From: the human T2T-CHM13v2.0 reference genome, Homo sapiens | Strand: one strand, 5' to 3' | DNA length: 64,000 nt | NCBI RefSeq assembly: GCF_009914755.1 | Contig: NC_060927.1 | Shown here: in pieces, positions 28,051 through 43,205 of the stretch | Position numbering within the stretch: position 1 is the first letter of the stretch | How the letters are laid out: every line of letters begins with the position of its first letter | Position numbers and translations under genes: made by a program | Notes under the pieces: generated by a model | Databases searched by the model: none | What the model saw: the letters and a program-made list of their open reading frames with translations, nothing else | Told to the model about the DNA's origin: nothing

Positions 28051-29152
28051 TTAATATACAAAGATCTTTTCTAACTTTTAAGGAAAATCACTAAAAGTCT
28101 AATAGATACAATCAGATAAATTTGCAAAAAAAAAAATGCAGATTGGTAACAAAAATTTAAAATTTAAGCTAAGATTCGTGACATACATATTTTCAAATGA
28201 CTCAGCTAGAAATAATTGATCAGAACTCAATGTACCAAAGTCATGTAAGACAAGTATAGACCAAGAAACTGGCACAGTGTAGAGGAGACTAAAAAGACAA
28301 CAATTAAGGGCAATGTGGGATCCAGGATGGGCTTTATCATTTTTTAGTTTATTCCAAAACATTCAGTAAGTGTCTACTAAGTGCTAGACCTACTGCTATA
28401 CCTCATAATGCAAGAATGATTGGACAAGATCCCTGTCTTATGGGAGTAACAAGGCATTTAGCTGGCATGAGCTGAAACTCCAGAAATGCATGTCCAACGA
28501 GATGGAGGATATGCTTCCTTCCATATCCTATTCTGAAGTGGATTTTTATAAATTATTTGTTATCTCTACAATTCCAGAAATGTTTATGGTAGCAGTGCCT
28601 GGTCTACATTGTTTATTTTCAACAGAGGAATATTTTTTTTTCAAAGCACTATATTTCTGTAGGTGTGTTGTCAAAATGCTGACTCATTCACTCAAGTATA
28701 AAATTTACTACATGAATTGCCTTAGGAGCCTGAATATTTTCCAAATTCCATGTCTTAAATCAACATGTGAAGATTTCAGTTCCATAATTTCTGTGATTTA
28801 GTCTCAAGAAATTCACAGTAAAAATTCAACATGAAAGTTTTGGTAACATCACAAAAAGAAGGAGGAAGAGAAGGATGAGAGAGAGGAAAAGGATAGGAAG
28901 GAGAGGAGAAGAGGAAATGCAGGCAAGCAGGTTGGCTCACAACACATGAAGGTCAACTTTGGACACAGACTCAAAACCCATGAGAACATTTATGGGTACA
29001 TTTAGAGCTTTGGATTTGTAAGATTAGAATTTGAAGCTTTACTATTTCCTCCTAGAAACTTTGTCTACAATAAAATTAAATTGTCACCCTATGACAGAGT
29101 CACTGAGAAGGAATGTTCAAGTTTTGGCTTTTTTGGTAGGTGTGATTTAACT

Positions 29153-29686
29153 CAGCGGTCTCCAGCCTTTTTGGTGCCAGGATTTCGTGGAAGACAATTT
29201 TTCCATGCACCACGGTGGGAATTGTGAGGGGGTGGGGTAGGGCGATGGTGTGAGAATGATTCAAGTGGATTACATTTATTGTGCACTTTATTTCTATTAT
29301 TATTACATTGCAATATATAATAAAATAATTATACAACTCACCATAATGTAGAATCAGTGGGAGTCCTGAGCTTGTTTTCTGAAACTAGACGGTCCCATCT
29401 AGCGGTGATGGGAGACAGTGACAGATCCTCAGGCATTAGATCTCATAAGGAACTCGGAACCTAGATCCCCCACATGCAATGTTCACAATAGCGCTCGCGC
29501 TCCTAGGAGAATCTAATGCCACTGCTGATCCGACAGGAGGCAGAGCTCTGGCAGTAATGCAGGCGGTGGAGAGCAGCTGTAAATACAGTCGCTTGCTCAC
29601 CTGCCGCTCACCTCCTGCTGTGTGGCCCAGTTCCTAATGGGCCACAGACTTGTATGGGTCCGTGACCTGGGGGTTGTGGACTCCTG
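29153..29686 (-). mobile_element. MER1A (hAT-Charlie non-autonomous DNA transposon), complete
   Basis: CAGCGGTCTCCAGCC / GGTTGTGGACTCCTG TIRs; MER1A body TTACATTTATTGTGCACTTTATTTCTATTATTATTACATTG; perfect 8-bp TSD ATTTAACT (29145-29152 / 29687-29694). Confidence 0.94.
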
Positions 29687-30879
29687 ATTTAACTGAATTA
29701 GTAATATTGTGGTGTTTTCTCTTTTCAAAATAACCAGAATATATACCTTTATTAAAATTAATATTGGAAATTTAGAAAAGTATAGAGAGAAATCTGTGAA
29801 AGAAAATAAAATATCTAGAACCAACTGGGTACTTTTCTCATACTCCTTGAGAGAAAATTATCTATTATTTTTAAACATTTTTGTCATTTATGACTGCAAA
29901 AAGAAAACTTATGATTTTTTTCTTTCAGTAATCTCATGTTTAGTACATGTCTATTTCTTTATGAGCTCAGGATCCATTCTGTATTGTTTGGCCGTAGCAT
30001 TTCAATCTTCATTTGCAAACCATACGGCCTTCATTCCATTTGGATGTGGCTGGTCCTGTAAACTTGGCTGTAAAAGTCCCAAAAGAAGTAACTATTCTTA
30101 CCAAGTTATCTGTACCTGGTTTTGCTGCCTTTTAATCCCCATGATTTAAGCTATTTGCAAGAGACTGCTGAAGACCTCCTATCCTAAAATCCCATGTTGT
30201 TGTTTATTTTTCCAACCAAAAGTGGATGATATTCATATCCTATTGCTCAGGGTAAGACAATCTCCTCTTTTCAACAATTTTGTTATTTTACCGCCAAATA
30301 TTTAATAAACAGAAATTTGCGTACAGTGGTTTTCTTGGCAACCAGGGAAGCTTATATTTTCTGCTTTTAGATATTTACTTTCCTAACATGGGTTTTGCTA
30401 CAATTTGAAGCTCACATTACAGAATACTTTCGTAAACAATATTCAGACGGAACACGATGTTATAAAAAAAGATTTAATGTAGTTATTGTGGCAAGATAAG
30501 ACTCAACATGATATAAAGACATCTAAAAATGTGCATAGACTTCTTTTATAAATAATCCTGTCCAAAGGACTAGATAAAGGGATAGTTGAAATAATCACAT
30601 ATGTGATTATTTTGACTCTGTCAAAAGTCAGGTTTAGTAATGAGAGAGACACCTAAAAAAGATGACAGCTGGACTTGCACTTTTGGTGGTAGTACTTTCT
30701 CTAGGCATATTAGGTATAATCTTTAAGCGACAGAATTTGAACAATAATTTGTCTCACTATTTGGACATTGAGTTTCACAATAAACACAATAATTCAGAAG
30801 TTTCTGCAGTATTGCACAGTTTCAGATATGTAAAAAACATAGGAAAATAATAACATACTCTCCATGTGATTTTGGTCAC

Positions 30880-31165
30880 CCATAAAACAGAAAGAAGCCA
30901 GAAACAAAATGATTCATATTGTTTGATCCCATTAATAGACTTTTGCAATAGGCAAAACTTGAGGAAGAAAAAACAAATGGTTGTCACAGATTGGGAAGGA
31001 GGGAGGGGTTGATTATAAAAGGGCTGCATGAGGGAATTTTGGGTGGTGACGTAACTGCTCTGTATCTTAGTTTCTGTGTGGTGGTCAACATGACTGAATT
31101 TGTTGATGGGAATCGATCTATACATCAAAAATGGGAATTCTGCTGTATGTTTATTTAAATTACAT
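30880..31165 (+). mobile_element. Old L1M 3' end
   Basis: GAAAGAAGCCAGA..ATATTGTTTGATCCCATT..AATAGGCAAAACT..AGGGGCTGCATGAGGGAATTTTGGGTGGTGA-type L1ME/MC 3' UTR. Confidence 0.7.
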
Positions 31166-31172
31166 TAAATAA

Positions 31173-31522
<350 letters not shown>

Positions 31523-34500
31523 CCAAATGGCTATTTTTTTCTTTTCTTTTTTTTGGTTTTTTTGTTTGTAATTGCTTCCTTGGCAACTAGGAATAGTTCA
31601 TAAAACAAAAGCTTTTATATCAGAAGACCAGAGTTTAAATATTGGCTCCCACATTATTTGCTGCATAACTTTACAAAAATATTTTAACTTCTCTGGTTCA
31701 TTCTATTTAATAGGTATTAGAGGATACCTGATACCCAACCTGCCTCAGTATATTTGACAATTGAGTTAGTCTATATAAAATCCTATTAAAATGTTATGTG
31801 AATATAAAGCTTATTAAAGAGATATTTAAAAGTTTTAAATTCTTAAAGATTAAACAGTCTTAAATCCTTCATTTTCTTTTCTCTTGTAAACCCTTGAATA
31901 AATTTCTCAGGACATCTCTTTGTCACTCCCTTTTAATCTACCAGCTATGATGTATATAGCAATTTTCTGTCACCCATTAATAATCTTATGCATTTTATTT
32001 TTTACTTTTGCTCTTTTATTGATACTGTTATCATGTCCTTTGCCTTAATTTACACTAAAGGACAGCAGGATGGGAGTATTGCACTATTGATAACTCAAAA
32101 TAATCTCCATTTAAACAAAAGGCAAAAGGCTAAATACCTTCTGTTGGGCTTTAGGCTGCTTGGGGGATTTAAAGCAAACCCAGATCTTATACTGGAATGT
32201 CTTATTAGAGTTTTTCCTTCAACATGTGCTTCTAATTAGCAGTAATATTTGGAGTGGGGGCAGGGGACAAAGGGTACATACAGGTTATGTTCTCAATTGT
32301 TAAGTTACTTAGTTTAAATTCTACACAGTAAGCTGCAGTGAAGGGTCCCTGGAAACCATTTGTTAGTTGGATGAATATTTCTGACCAGTTATTTTATTCA
32401 ATCGCAAGAATTGTCTCTACTTCTGCACCATTTGGTTTCCCATTTTTCCATATTCAGAATGAAATTTTTTCTTCTGAAAGTCTCAGTTGCCACCACCATC
32501 TCCTTCCCACTTCTGTTGTTCTCTAAAATGAAGTCACAGTTTGTCTCCCTTTTTTGTATAACCACATGACTCTTCCTTTTCTCCCAAACTTTCTCATTTT
32601 TCAGTTAGTCTCAAATTTCTGATTTGAGAATTTTGCTCTTAACTAATGATGCATTCCACATATTTCTTGTGTCTCCAAAGGAATGGTAAATCATACATAT
32701 AGACTACATACATGTTTGAATAAATACAACAGTATTGAAAGCCCATCAAAAGGAAGTCCAAGGGAGTGATCAAATTATTTTGCACCTTAGAATTTTGTGC
32801 AAATGACTATGCCTTAACAATTTATAACATCTAAACTGGTATATCACTTTATAGTCGACAAGCTTCATCCCACAGATATGATAATTTCATTCTTAACATA
32901 ATCTTGTGAGATTATTCTTTAAAATCTCCATTTTAAAAAAAATTAACATTGAGTCTTAAAGGAATTATGACTTGCTTAAGATTGCATGATGGCAAGACAG
33001 AAATTAAAACTCATACTCTAATGTCAAATCACATTCATTTCCACTTTTCTTTTTCTCCCTCAGTCTCACTCACTGAGTCTACCTTTGACTTCAATTATAA
33101 GGAAACAGAATTAGTTCCCCCAAGTTCCCTCTGTAGAATCTGACAAAGACCAGGGACACCCTCTGCTCTGCCCTTGAGCGATGATCCCTTCTCCTCCACT
33201 GTGATGTAAACCAGGGAGCAGCCATGGTACATGAGATACTTACACTGATTCATTTAACAACAAAGGCCTCCAAAGGCATGGAAAAACTGAATCATCATTC
33301 TTTGAGAAACTATGTTGGCAACGTTGGAAAGATAAAAATATATATATATATATTTACTTGGTAATAGAATAAAATTTTCAATTAACAACAACAACAAAAT
33401 AGTATCATGGATTGGCACATGCAGAAGCCCAAACAATAGTAATAATGTTTATGTCTGCAAATATTTTATAGTTTATTCTGGCCAATCATATAGCTCATCT
33501 CATTTGACACTTAGGAGTGAAGGGATTATCTGCCCATTTCATATATTAAAAAAACATTGTGGTTGGATAACTTGAGATCATATAGCTGGAAAGGAGAGCA
33601 TTAAGGTGTATAATTTATACCTTTTCAACTTAATTCTAGAATTCTGACACTGCCTTCCCTAAAAGGAGAAGCAAATTATAAGTAAAAATCTATATTAATG
33701 ATTCTTAACATTACTGGATCATTACTTTTAGAATCTAGTATAAGCTCTAGATTTCTCCCCAGAAAGATGATCACATCTACACAATTTTATGTGCTTCATA
33801 GATCCCTAAGCTTCAGGAAAAATATGGACCCTAGGAAAGAATCATTGCTCTGGATAGAGTCTGCAGAAGAAAATAAGATACCGTGGCTCAGATTTTAGCA
33901 AATAGTTTGACTTAGTTACCTGAATCAATTCTTGTCCCTTGATGTCAACACGTCAATCTGTCACATCTATTCACCTTATTAGCATGACTCTCTGTTTTCT
34001 TTTTACAATTACTGATCAGCATGACTTTAAAGGTCATTTTAAATTACTGACACTTATTTGAGATATGAATGTTAATGATTATATGGTAAGACATTTTAAT
34101 AAAGTCAATTTATAAGCAATTTAACTATGGCTATTGTGTCTAAAACATTTCTTGCACCTCCTTTATGTCACATATTGCAGACACTCAAATTTGTTAAGCA
34201 AAATAATAGTTTCTTTAAAATGAGACAACAGAATATTTCTATAGCAATGAAAGCATCACACATGGGCTCAAATAACAATATCGATAAGCCATCACCAACA
34301 TTTATTTTTGTAACAAAGCCACTCTCCTGCCTAAGTTGAAACTTCTCCACTGATCTCAAAGATCTCCAAGATCTAATGACAAGCTAATTCACACTGGTGA
34401 TGAAAACTATCTTTTTAGAAAATCAGCAAAAATAAAACTGAATTAGAAGTTGGTATTGAGATATAACTAAATCTAAGAGAAAATTAGATCAAATTGCTTT

Positions 34501-34573
34501 TGATTTCCATTCATACTGCTTCACAAAATGCTTATCTACTGTGCCTAACACACTGCAAGTCAAGACCTGTCGC

Positions 34574-34647
34574 GAGCCGAGATTGCGCCACTGCACTCCA
34601 GCCTGGGGCACAGAGCAAGACTAGGTTTAAAAAAAAAAAAAAAAAAA
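34574..34647 (+). mobile_element. Very short 5'-truncated Alu (3' ~50 bp plus poly-A)
   Basis: GAGCCGAGATTGCGCCACTGCACTCCAGCCTGGG..AGAGCAAGACT plus A-run; imperfect TSD CTGTCGC / CTGTCAC. Confidence 0.88.
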
Positions 34648-35258
34648 CTGTCACAAACAAGGAAACCTGATTGGCTGCAAGCTTCCTGGAGACTATGAGT
34701 GAGTAACATGATGAGATAAACAGAACTTTTGGCACTAGAAGTGCTGTGGCCTCTCAGCCTCCTGAGCATACAGTCTTTCTCCAAACACCAGATACACCCC
34801 TGCATTATCTCAATCACCCCAGGTGTCCTCCTAGATAAAAACCTAGATATTCAACAAGAAGAACTAACTGCAGAATGAAAAAAAAAAAAAAAAAAGTGAA
34901 ACCCAAACAGGAGTAGAAAAAAGTCACATAAAATAAAAGCTGATGACTTTTCAGTTCCCTTTCTGCCTAAAGCTCCAGGGATGAAATAAGGATAGAAGCT
35001 GGCATTATAGCTAAAAGAAAGTTGGTCCTCTAGGATGCATTAATCACTGAAGCCAGAGGTGGAAATGACTGCAGAGGCCATTTATTTCATCCCCAAGACA
35101 AGCCAGAAATATACCTTATAGTTTCCTTCCTAAAGGACATACAATATTTATCATACACTGAATGAAACCATATGCCACAATAATTCACATTTATGGACAA
35201 GGCAGAGGTTAAAAGTTTTAAAGAATAAACTGCAGTTAGTATGCTTCATGAAATCCTA

Positions 35259-35681
<423 letters not shown>

Positions 35682-37287
35682 CTACCAGCCATAGTTAAAT
35701 GGCAACTCATGTTTAAATGAAAGCAATATTCAATTTTAATAAGTCTGTACCTTGGTATAATGCTTTGCTTCTCAGTTTGCAGAATTTAATGCATCTAATT
35801 CTGATATGATAACTTCATGAAATATAGCATGTGTTATCTTCACAGATGAGAAAACAGGCCCCAAAGATACAAAATTACTAGCTAAGAGTCTTATATATTG
35901 TTAATTGCAAAACCGTTGAACCTTTTATTTAAAAACATGTGTTAAGCCCATAGCATGGAGTAACCACTACACAGGGAACCAGGGATATAAAGATAGGGAA
36001 AACAAAGTCTTTGCCTTCCAGGCATTCAACATCTACCAAGGAGCATAAAAGAAATGCCCACAAACTCTTAAGTAATATGGACTATGATAAATCCCTCCAA
36101 AGGTTTCCAGAACGCATGAGGACTCACAGGAAGGAGGAATCAGTATGAGATTATTCGGGTTGATTTTCTACTGATCATGAGGTCAGTAAGGGGAGAAAAT
36201 GAGATTTATTGATTCTTGTTTCCCCAGTGAGCCTAGAACACTCTGTAGGTGTTCAGAGTATTGATGGAAAGGAATGAATAATGAATGCATTAAGCTTTCT
36301 GTTCCCTGTATTTACTTTCTATGATATTCATTCCTAAAATGATTCACTTTACACTCTAAGAATAAGGAACAGAACAAAAACTCACAGGAATATGGAGAAG
36401 TGAGAGCAGTGACTATAGTTGCATTAGATATTTCTTAAATAGATATTTAGCCTTTTAATCTTTTTATATGTAATAATTCAAGATGCGTATCTTCAAGTCC
36501 TCAGTAATTGGCATCACACACACACAAAAAACCCGTCTTACACTTTTATCAAATGATATCCAGGTGACCATCAGTTACAGAACAACTGCACATTTGGCTG
36601 CATAGATTCCAGGGGAGATTTGAAAAACCTGGGATGAAGATATTTGTAAAGCACCACCACATATTTAAACAGTTTTTATTGGGTCTATAAACCACTGTGG
36701 TACTCATTCGGTCCATAAACCTGGTGTGCACACAGGATTACCTGAGGCTTGTAAGGGAGAATGCCAACTAATGGTTACTGAATCCACCACCTGCAGAATA
36801 ACTTTGGAAAAGCAGCTTGTTCCATCAGAGTCAAGACACGAGAACACCATCTTTTCATAAAGACATGGAATCTGATCTGACTGGTCATCTAAGGGCACCA
36901 GATATACGACTAAAAATGTTCATATTCATCACCTAAGGAAGGTAATGCTTTTATGTTTGCTATCACAAACATAGACAGTAGTGTTTTTCCAGGAATGGTG
37001 ATAATATTGCCTTAAGTCATTTACATCTTCTGATTTCTTGGTTTCACACAAAGTATCCCTGACTTAAGACAAACTGCATCATTGCCTGTGGAAAGTTATT
37101 GGAATAGCAGATACATTGGATACATTTCTGTTATGAACTCTATGCAAAAAATGAGCTGATTAGCATGCAATCCATTCAACAAATATTTAATTTATGATTA
37201 TGATGTATCAGCTACTACAAAGCTAGTACACATAGTACCAGTTAATTTCCATATGTTGGCGTGTGTGACCTTCAAGAAGGCACTAAA

Positions 37288-37672
<385 letters not shown>

Positions 37673-39924
37673 GCACTAAAATTTGTGTTTACATAAGTTC
37701 TTCATTTTTTATTTTCATACCCTGTTTCTTTTTAGCATATTAAGAGTATATTTTTTAAAGGAGGGTGGCAGTGAAGAGAAGAAAACTTTACTGCCTACTC
37801 AGCAAAATGTTTAAATTCTTAGTCCAATAAGGGGAAATCCCGAGAGGTTCACAGCTGGCTCTGCTTACTGCAATTACAGAATGCAAACTAGTACTTCAGT
37901 CAGAGCCTGCTTAAAAGTTTCCATGCCTGACCTGCAAATGCTTAAGGAGAATAATAGCTACCTTGCAACCTGAAAGGCCTCAAAGACCTAGGTCAATAGC
38001 ACAGCTGGTCTAGTCATTGTTGCCCCTCTATTAACATGTTAAAACCTGAATTAGCTAATTTCTCCCTATTACTTTTATATGGTTTTTTATGTTCTCAAGT
38101 ACCAGGAAAGAGACACTCTGCTTTTTAAATTTTTAATTTTTTACACAAAGACAATTTTTAATTTTTAAGTGAAAAACAATGCTGTGAACAGAACTTAAAA
38201 ATTCATGGTCATGGGAAGTTCAACTTAAAAAAAATTTTAACATACAAAAAAGCATATGAAGAAAGTAAAAAGAAAGTAATCACTTACCCGGTTTGTTTAT
38301 TTTTCTTACCTAGTTTGTTTTCAGTTTAGAACAGCATATGCATGGAAAACACATTCCCCACGGGGCAATTCTTTATTCTTAATGATTAAAGTCTGTAAGT
38401 GCCTAAACCAATGGCTTTTGGTAATTAGTGGCTTTAAACTCTAAAACTGGCTTCTATCGTCTGAATGCAATGGTGGAGGAGTAGAGGGAGGGGTGGAAGA
38501 AAATTATTTATTTTGGTTAAGACCTATCCTGACTAGGATCTTCTGATGTGTAACTAACCTAATAGACATGAATAGGAAGTTGAGATTCTGAACTCTATTA
38601 GGGACTGAGGGTTATTGCCATATTTGATGTTTTTTGTTTAACTTATCCAGTCCACAAAGTTTGTGGCAAGTAACTATGAAACTGACAGCAGAAAGTGTAT
38701 GGTATTAGGAATCTGAGGACACGGTTCCAAAAATTTTTACTTGTTTACTCTGTGTGTCCTTGGTGTCAGGATATCCTAAGAACTTCATTGTCTTGTAAGA
38801 TTTTGTGTGTGTGTGTGTGTATGTAGAATCTGGCCATCTATCTCACAGGCATATTGTGGAATATATCAAAGTATGTCAGAATATACTGCAAACTCTAAAG
38901 CTGTATAGCAATATAAGATGTTAGTATATTTGTAATAAAAGATTTTCAAAATTAATGTAGAATCTTCCTTCGGAACAACCTTATGAATAAAAGTACAGTA
39001 TGTTCTACTTTGCATCATTTCCAGTCCCTACAGTAAACCTTTTGACCTGAATTCAAAGGAATGGTTCCTATTTTACATTGGCATAGTTACTATTCCCTTT
39101 TAGGGGTAAGTGGGATTCCAGCATACTGACTGTTCTTAGAAACAAGAGTCAGGAGAAGGCAGTGAAAATTTATCCCCAGAGTTCCACATTTTGGAGAAAA
39201 CTGTTGAGCCCTTAACATTTTTTTTCACTCATAAAATAATGCTTTGGTAGAAAGCCAGACTAGAAACAAAGGCTAGTCAATTTTAACGCTAAAAATGAAG
39301 GCAGATTTTTTTCATTTGAAATGTAATCACTAGAAATGGTCGTTAATTTTTCTTCCTAAACTAATTTCCAGTAGCAGAACAGAGTACCACACATGGCCTA
39401 TTAGCAAAGGGTTGTGAGAGAGTAAGTATAGGAAAGTGTTTGAAAATGTAAGAAATGAAACAATTTCAAAATCACTTTTATATTATAATATCACAAAATA
39501 ATAGAAGCGTCTGTGTGTGTGTGTGTTCATGTGCACATGCTCAGATGGAACATCATATACATTTATCATATTCCTAATTATAGTAAGATCTCATATAAGG
39601 CTTATTATGTACCTTCATGAAAATTCAGGCAGTTGTCATCCTTTAAGCGCCAAAGCAACAAATCAAAATTAAGGAACCAGAGTTGCTAACCTCCAGGAAG
39701 CCATGTGGAGCCTACTGATGAATGGAGATGATGAGGCTGCAGAGTGATGAGTGGAAAGAGTGCTGACTTCCTATGGGTAATTCGCAACTCTCAGCTTCTT
39801 CTTATTCTCTTTAAACTTGTACTTTACACAGGTGGAAGAAAGAACAGCAGAGTGCAGGTCACCCGTGAGAACTTGCCACAATTTCACTACACAAGAATTT
39901 CCTATTGATCTTTATCCCCTCTCA

Positions 39925-40058
39925 CTTTATTGAGGTATAACTGGTAAACAGGAATTGTATATAGTTAATGTGTGCAATTTGATGTTTTGAAATATACATA
40001 TAATAAAATGATCACTACACTCAAACTAACACATCCCTCACCTTCCGTAGTTACCACT
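39925..40058 (-). mobile_element. L1MA/MB extreme 3' end fragment
   Basis: ACTTTATTGAGGTATAACTG..AATTGTATATAGTTAATGTGTGCAATTTGATGTTTTGA..CACCTTCCGTAGTTACC. Confidence 0.75.
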
Positions 40059-41329
40059 ATCCAGACTTTATACTGTTGTTGATATCAATCAAGTGTTTAT
40101 ATATCATAATTAGAAACAATAATGAGAGTAGGAATTATGAACCTTGAGCCAACATGTTCCACAAGTTCACAGCTGTGTCTCCCAGAGTCAGATGGAAGAT
40201 TCTCAGGGCAGCAGACTCTGACAATGCACCTCAGGAGCATTTTTCTAGCAAATCTGCCTTAAAATCATGCTTTTATTACTGAAATAGGAGTTTTATAGTG
40301 TTATTTGGATGAATTCCAGGGAGATGTCAAAACAAAACAACAGAACTGTATTGCTTTCCTGAACTTCCAAGGTAGTCATAAACACTTTACAAAGAAGTAT
40401 AAAATGAAAGAGAGATTGTTATATTTTACTTCATTTTTAGTTAGCATATTGCACACCTCTTAAAATAAATGCAGGGTCAAATAAGTGTTTCTTTAAAATA
40501 AAAACAAAACAAAAGCACAAGTAAGAGAATGAATAGGTGTCCAACTCCATTCCCAGGATATTTTGAAAATCATTAGCTAATACTTGAGCACTTGTCAGGA
40601 GCACACGTTGTTTCCCAGATGCTCATTGCCTTCTCACCACTCTGCATAATCCTAACACATGACACATTAGTTTCAGATGAGCCAGATGCCAAATGGGAGA
40701 CATTTTACAGTACAGAGAAATCAGAGTGGTGGAGTAATACAGAAACTTTTAGCCAAGGCACATTCTCTGGGCTCTCAATCCTTTGCAGCTGCCACACCTC
40801 TCGCTAGAATGCAGTGCACACAGAAAACAGTTCTGACATCTGCCTCGCTTGTGGTCCCCAGTAAGAATTCTCGACATTGATATATGCTGTTCCACTCAGG
40901 ACTGGAGCATGAGAATCCTCACCAGGGACACTTCATTAATTCTGCAAAAGCATGCACTTATCATACACTATACACTAACAACTTCCAAAAATAATAGTGT
41001 AAGGTAACTTACAATAACAATATATGTAGCCAGAAAATACAATGGTACAAGCTAGGACAAAAACTATCACATATGGAGGAGTGATTGATTGTACTTGGAA
41101 AGTGAATTGCGATGCCTCTATTTATTCCACGAGTATGAGGTAAACCTCGTCTAAATGTCAGGTAAGGCTATTGTCACTATGATTTAGCGGAGGGAAGAAA
41201 AAGGGTCTCTGTTCTCAATAACATGAATAAAGTGAAGACATGCAGTAACCAGAAAAACGTGTGAAATCGCTAAGATTAATATAGATACAACTTCTCACTA
41301 AAAATTGAAATTGGATGGTAGGATACAGT

Positions 41330-41660
41330 AATTTGGGGAGGAGGAGACTCCTTTAGCTAAGGTAGCCAGAAAGGCCTCTGAGTAAGTATTTAATAACAAT
41401 TGAGCTAAGAACTCAATAAAATGCCCAGGAGAGAAAATACGTTGAGGAAGATCTTTAAGGCAAAGAGAAAAGCAAGTGCAAAGGCTCTTTGAGGAAGACC
41501 TTTGGCATCTCTGAGGAAAAGAAAAACATGCTGGATTTTATAGGACCTAATAAAATTAGGGAAGGCTTAACAAGCAGGCAAGGCCCAGATCATCTAAGCC
41601 ATTGTAGGCCAATGTGAAAAGCTTGGATTTATTTTGCAATGATGAGAAAATTAATGCAAT
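41330..41660 (-). mobile_element. L2 fragment
   Basis: AGGCAAAGAGAAAAGCAAGTGCAAAGGCTCT..GGCCCAGATCAT..GTAGGCCA..GGATTTATTTTGCAATG antisense L2 pattern. Confidence 0.7.
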
Positions 41661-41930
41661 TGTGTGGTACACTTAGATATAAGCTTCGTGGCAGCTAAGA
41701 TCTCTAAACATTCTTTTCCCTTAGCAAGAATAAATAGGGCTCTTGCTGTAAGAAGAGACATCTGAAAAAAATTCAAATTTTCTTCTTCCCATTATTCTGC
41801 ATTCCTGTTTGCTGCCTTTTATTCATTTTTCCTTCCCCCCAACCAAATCCTTCATATATCCTAGTTCTAAGTATGACAGAAAGAGAGAGAGACATAGAGA
41901 GAGAGGCAGAACAAGAACCAGCTACAGAGC

Positions 41931-42653
<723 letters not shown>

Positions 42654-43205
42654 AGATATCACACTTATTTTGAATAAACGTCTTAAAGATAACTCATGCC
42701 AAACACCAAAGGGGTAAGATCGACATAATCCCTTTATTTCTGTGACCCATACAATATGGTTTCAATTATGTGGAAGATGAAAGGAAGAACAGTCTACTCA
42801 GGTATAATGCTGCCAAATTCCATTGTTCTGGCCAAATGAAGTAACGGTAGATGATGATGAAGAGAGGAGCAGAGTTAGAGAGCCCTCATCCATTTTGGAT
42901 GTGTGGGCCACTGTAGCTGTGGATGCTATTGCCAGAATAGCTTGTCATAGTAGCCAGAAACATTAAAACTAAACATTTCAACACTATAATCTCACAGGTT
43001 ACCTTTAAGAAACAATCAGATATAAACTCAAAATTGATGCAAATGGATTTCTCTATAAAATTTGTAATTGAACCACAGAGAATTAAACTAACTAAATGCC
43101 CAATATTAATGTAAATTAAAGAAATTTAAGGTAATTTATTTTTAACTTAATTTAATTTATTTTAGGGTAATTTACCCTATTAAGCCACTCTAATTGGTAT
43201 TGTAG

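Noticed and set aside
29217-29243. G-quadruplex-like GGG tracts in MER1A (also 5252-5266)
   Set aside because: First loop is 8 nt, or only three separable tracts; weak and common.
29709-30149. Longest ORF, 146 aa
   Set aside because: Non-ATG start, low-complexity F/I/L/K composition from AT-rich DNA, and no recognisable domain or splice context.
39715-39770. Three TGATGA (box C-like) motifs followed by CTGA
   Set aside because: Too short for a C/D snoRNA, with no terminal stem or recognisable guide.
43163-43179. Small palindromes (TAGGGTAA-T-TTACCCTA; also TAAGGGCCCTTA near 5300 and A9T8 near 22242)
   Set aside because: Lengths are within chance expectation for 64 kb of AT-rich DNA.
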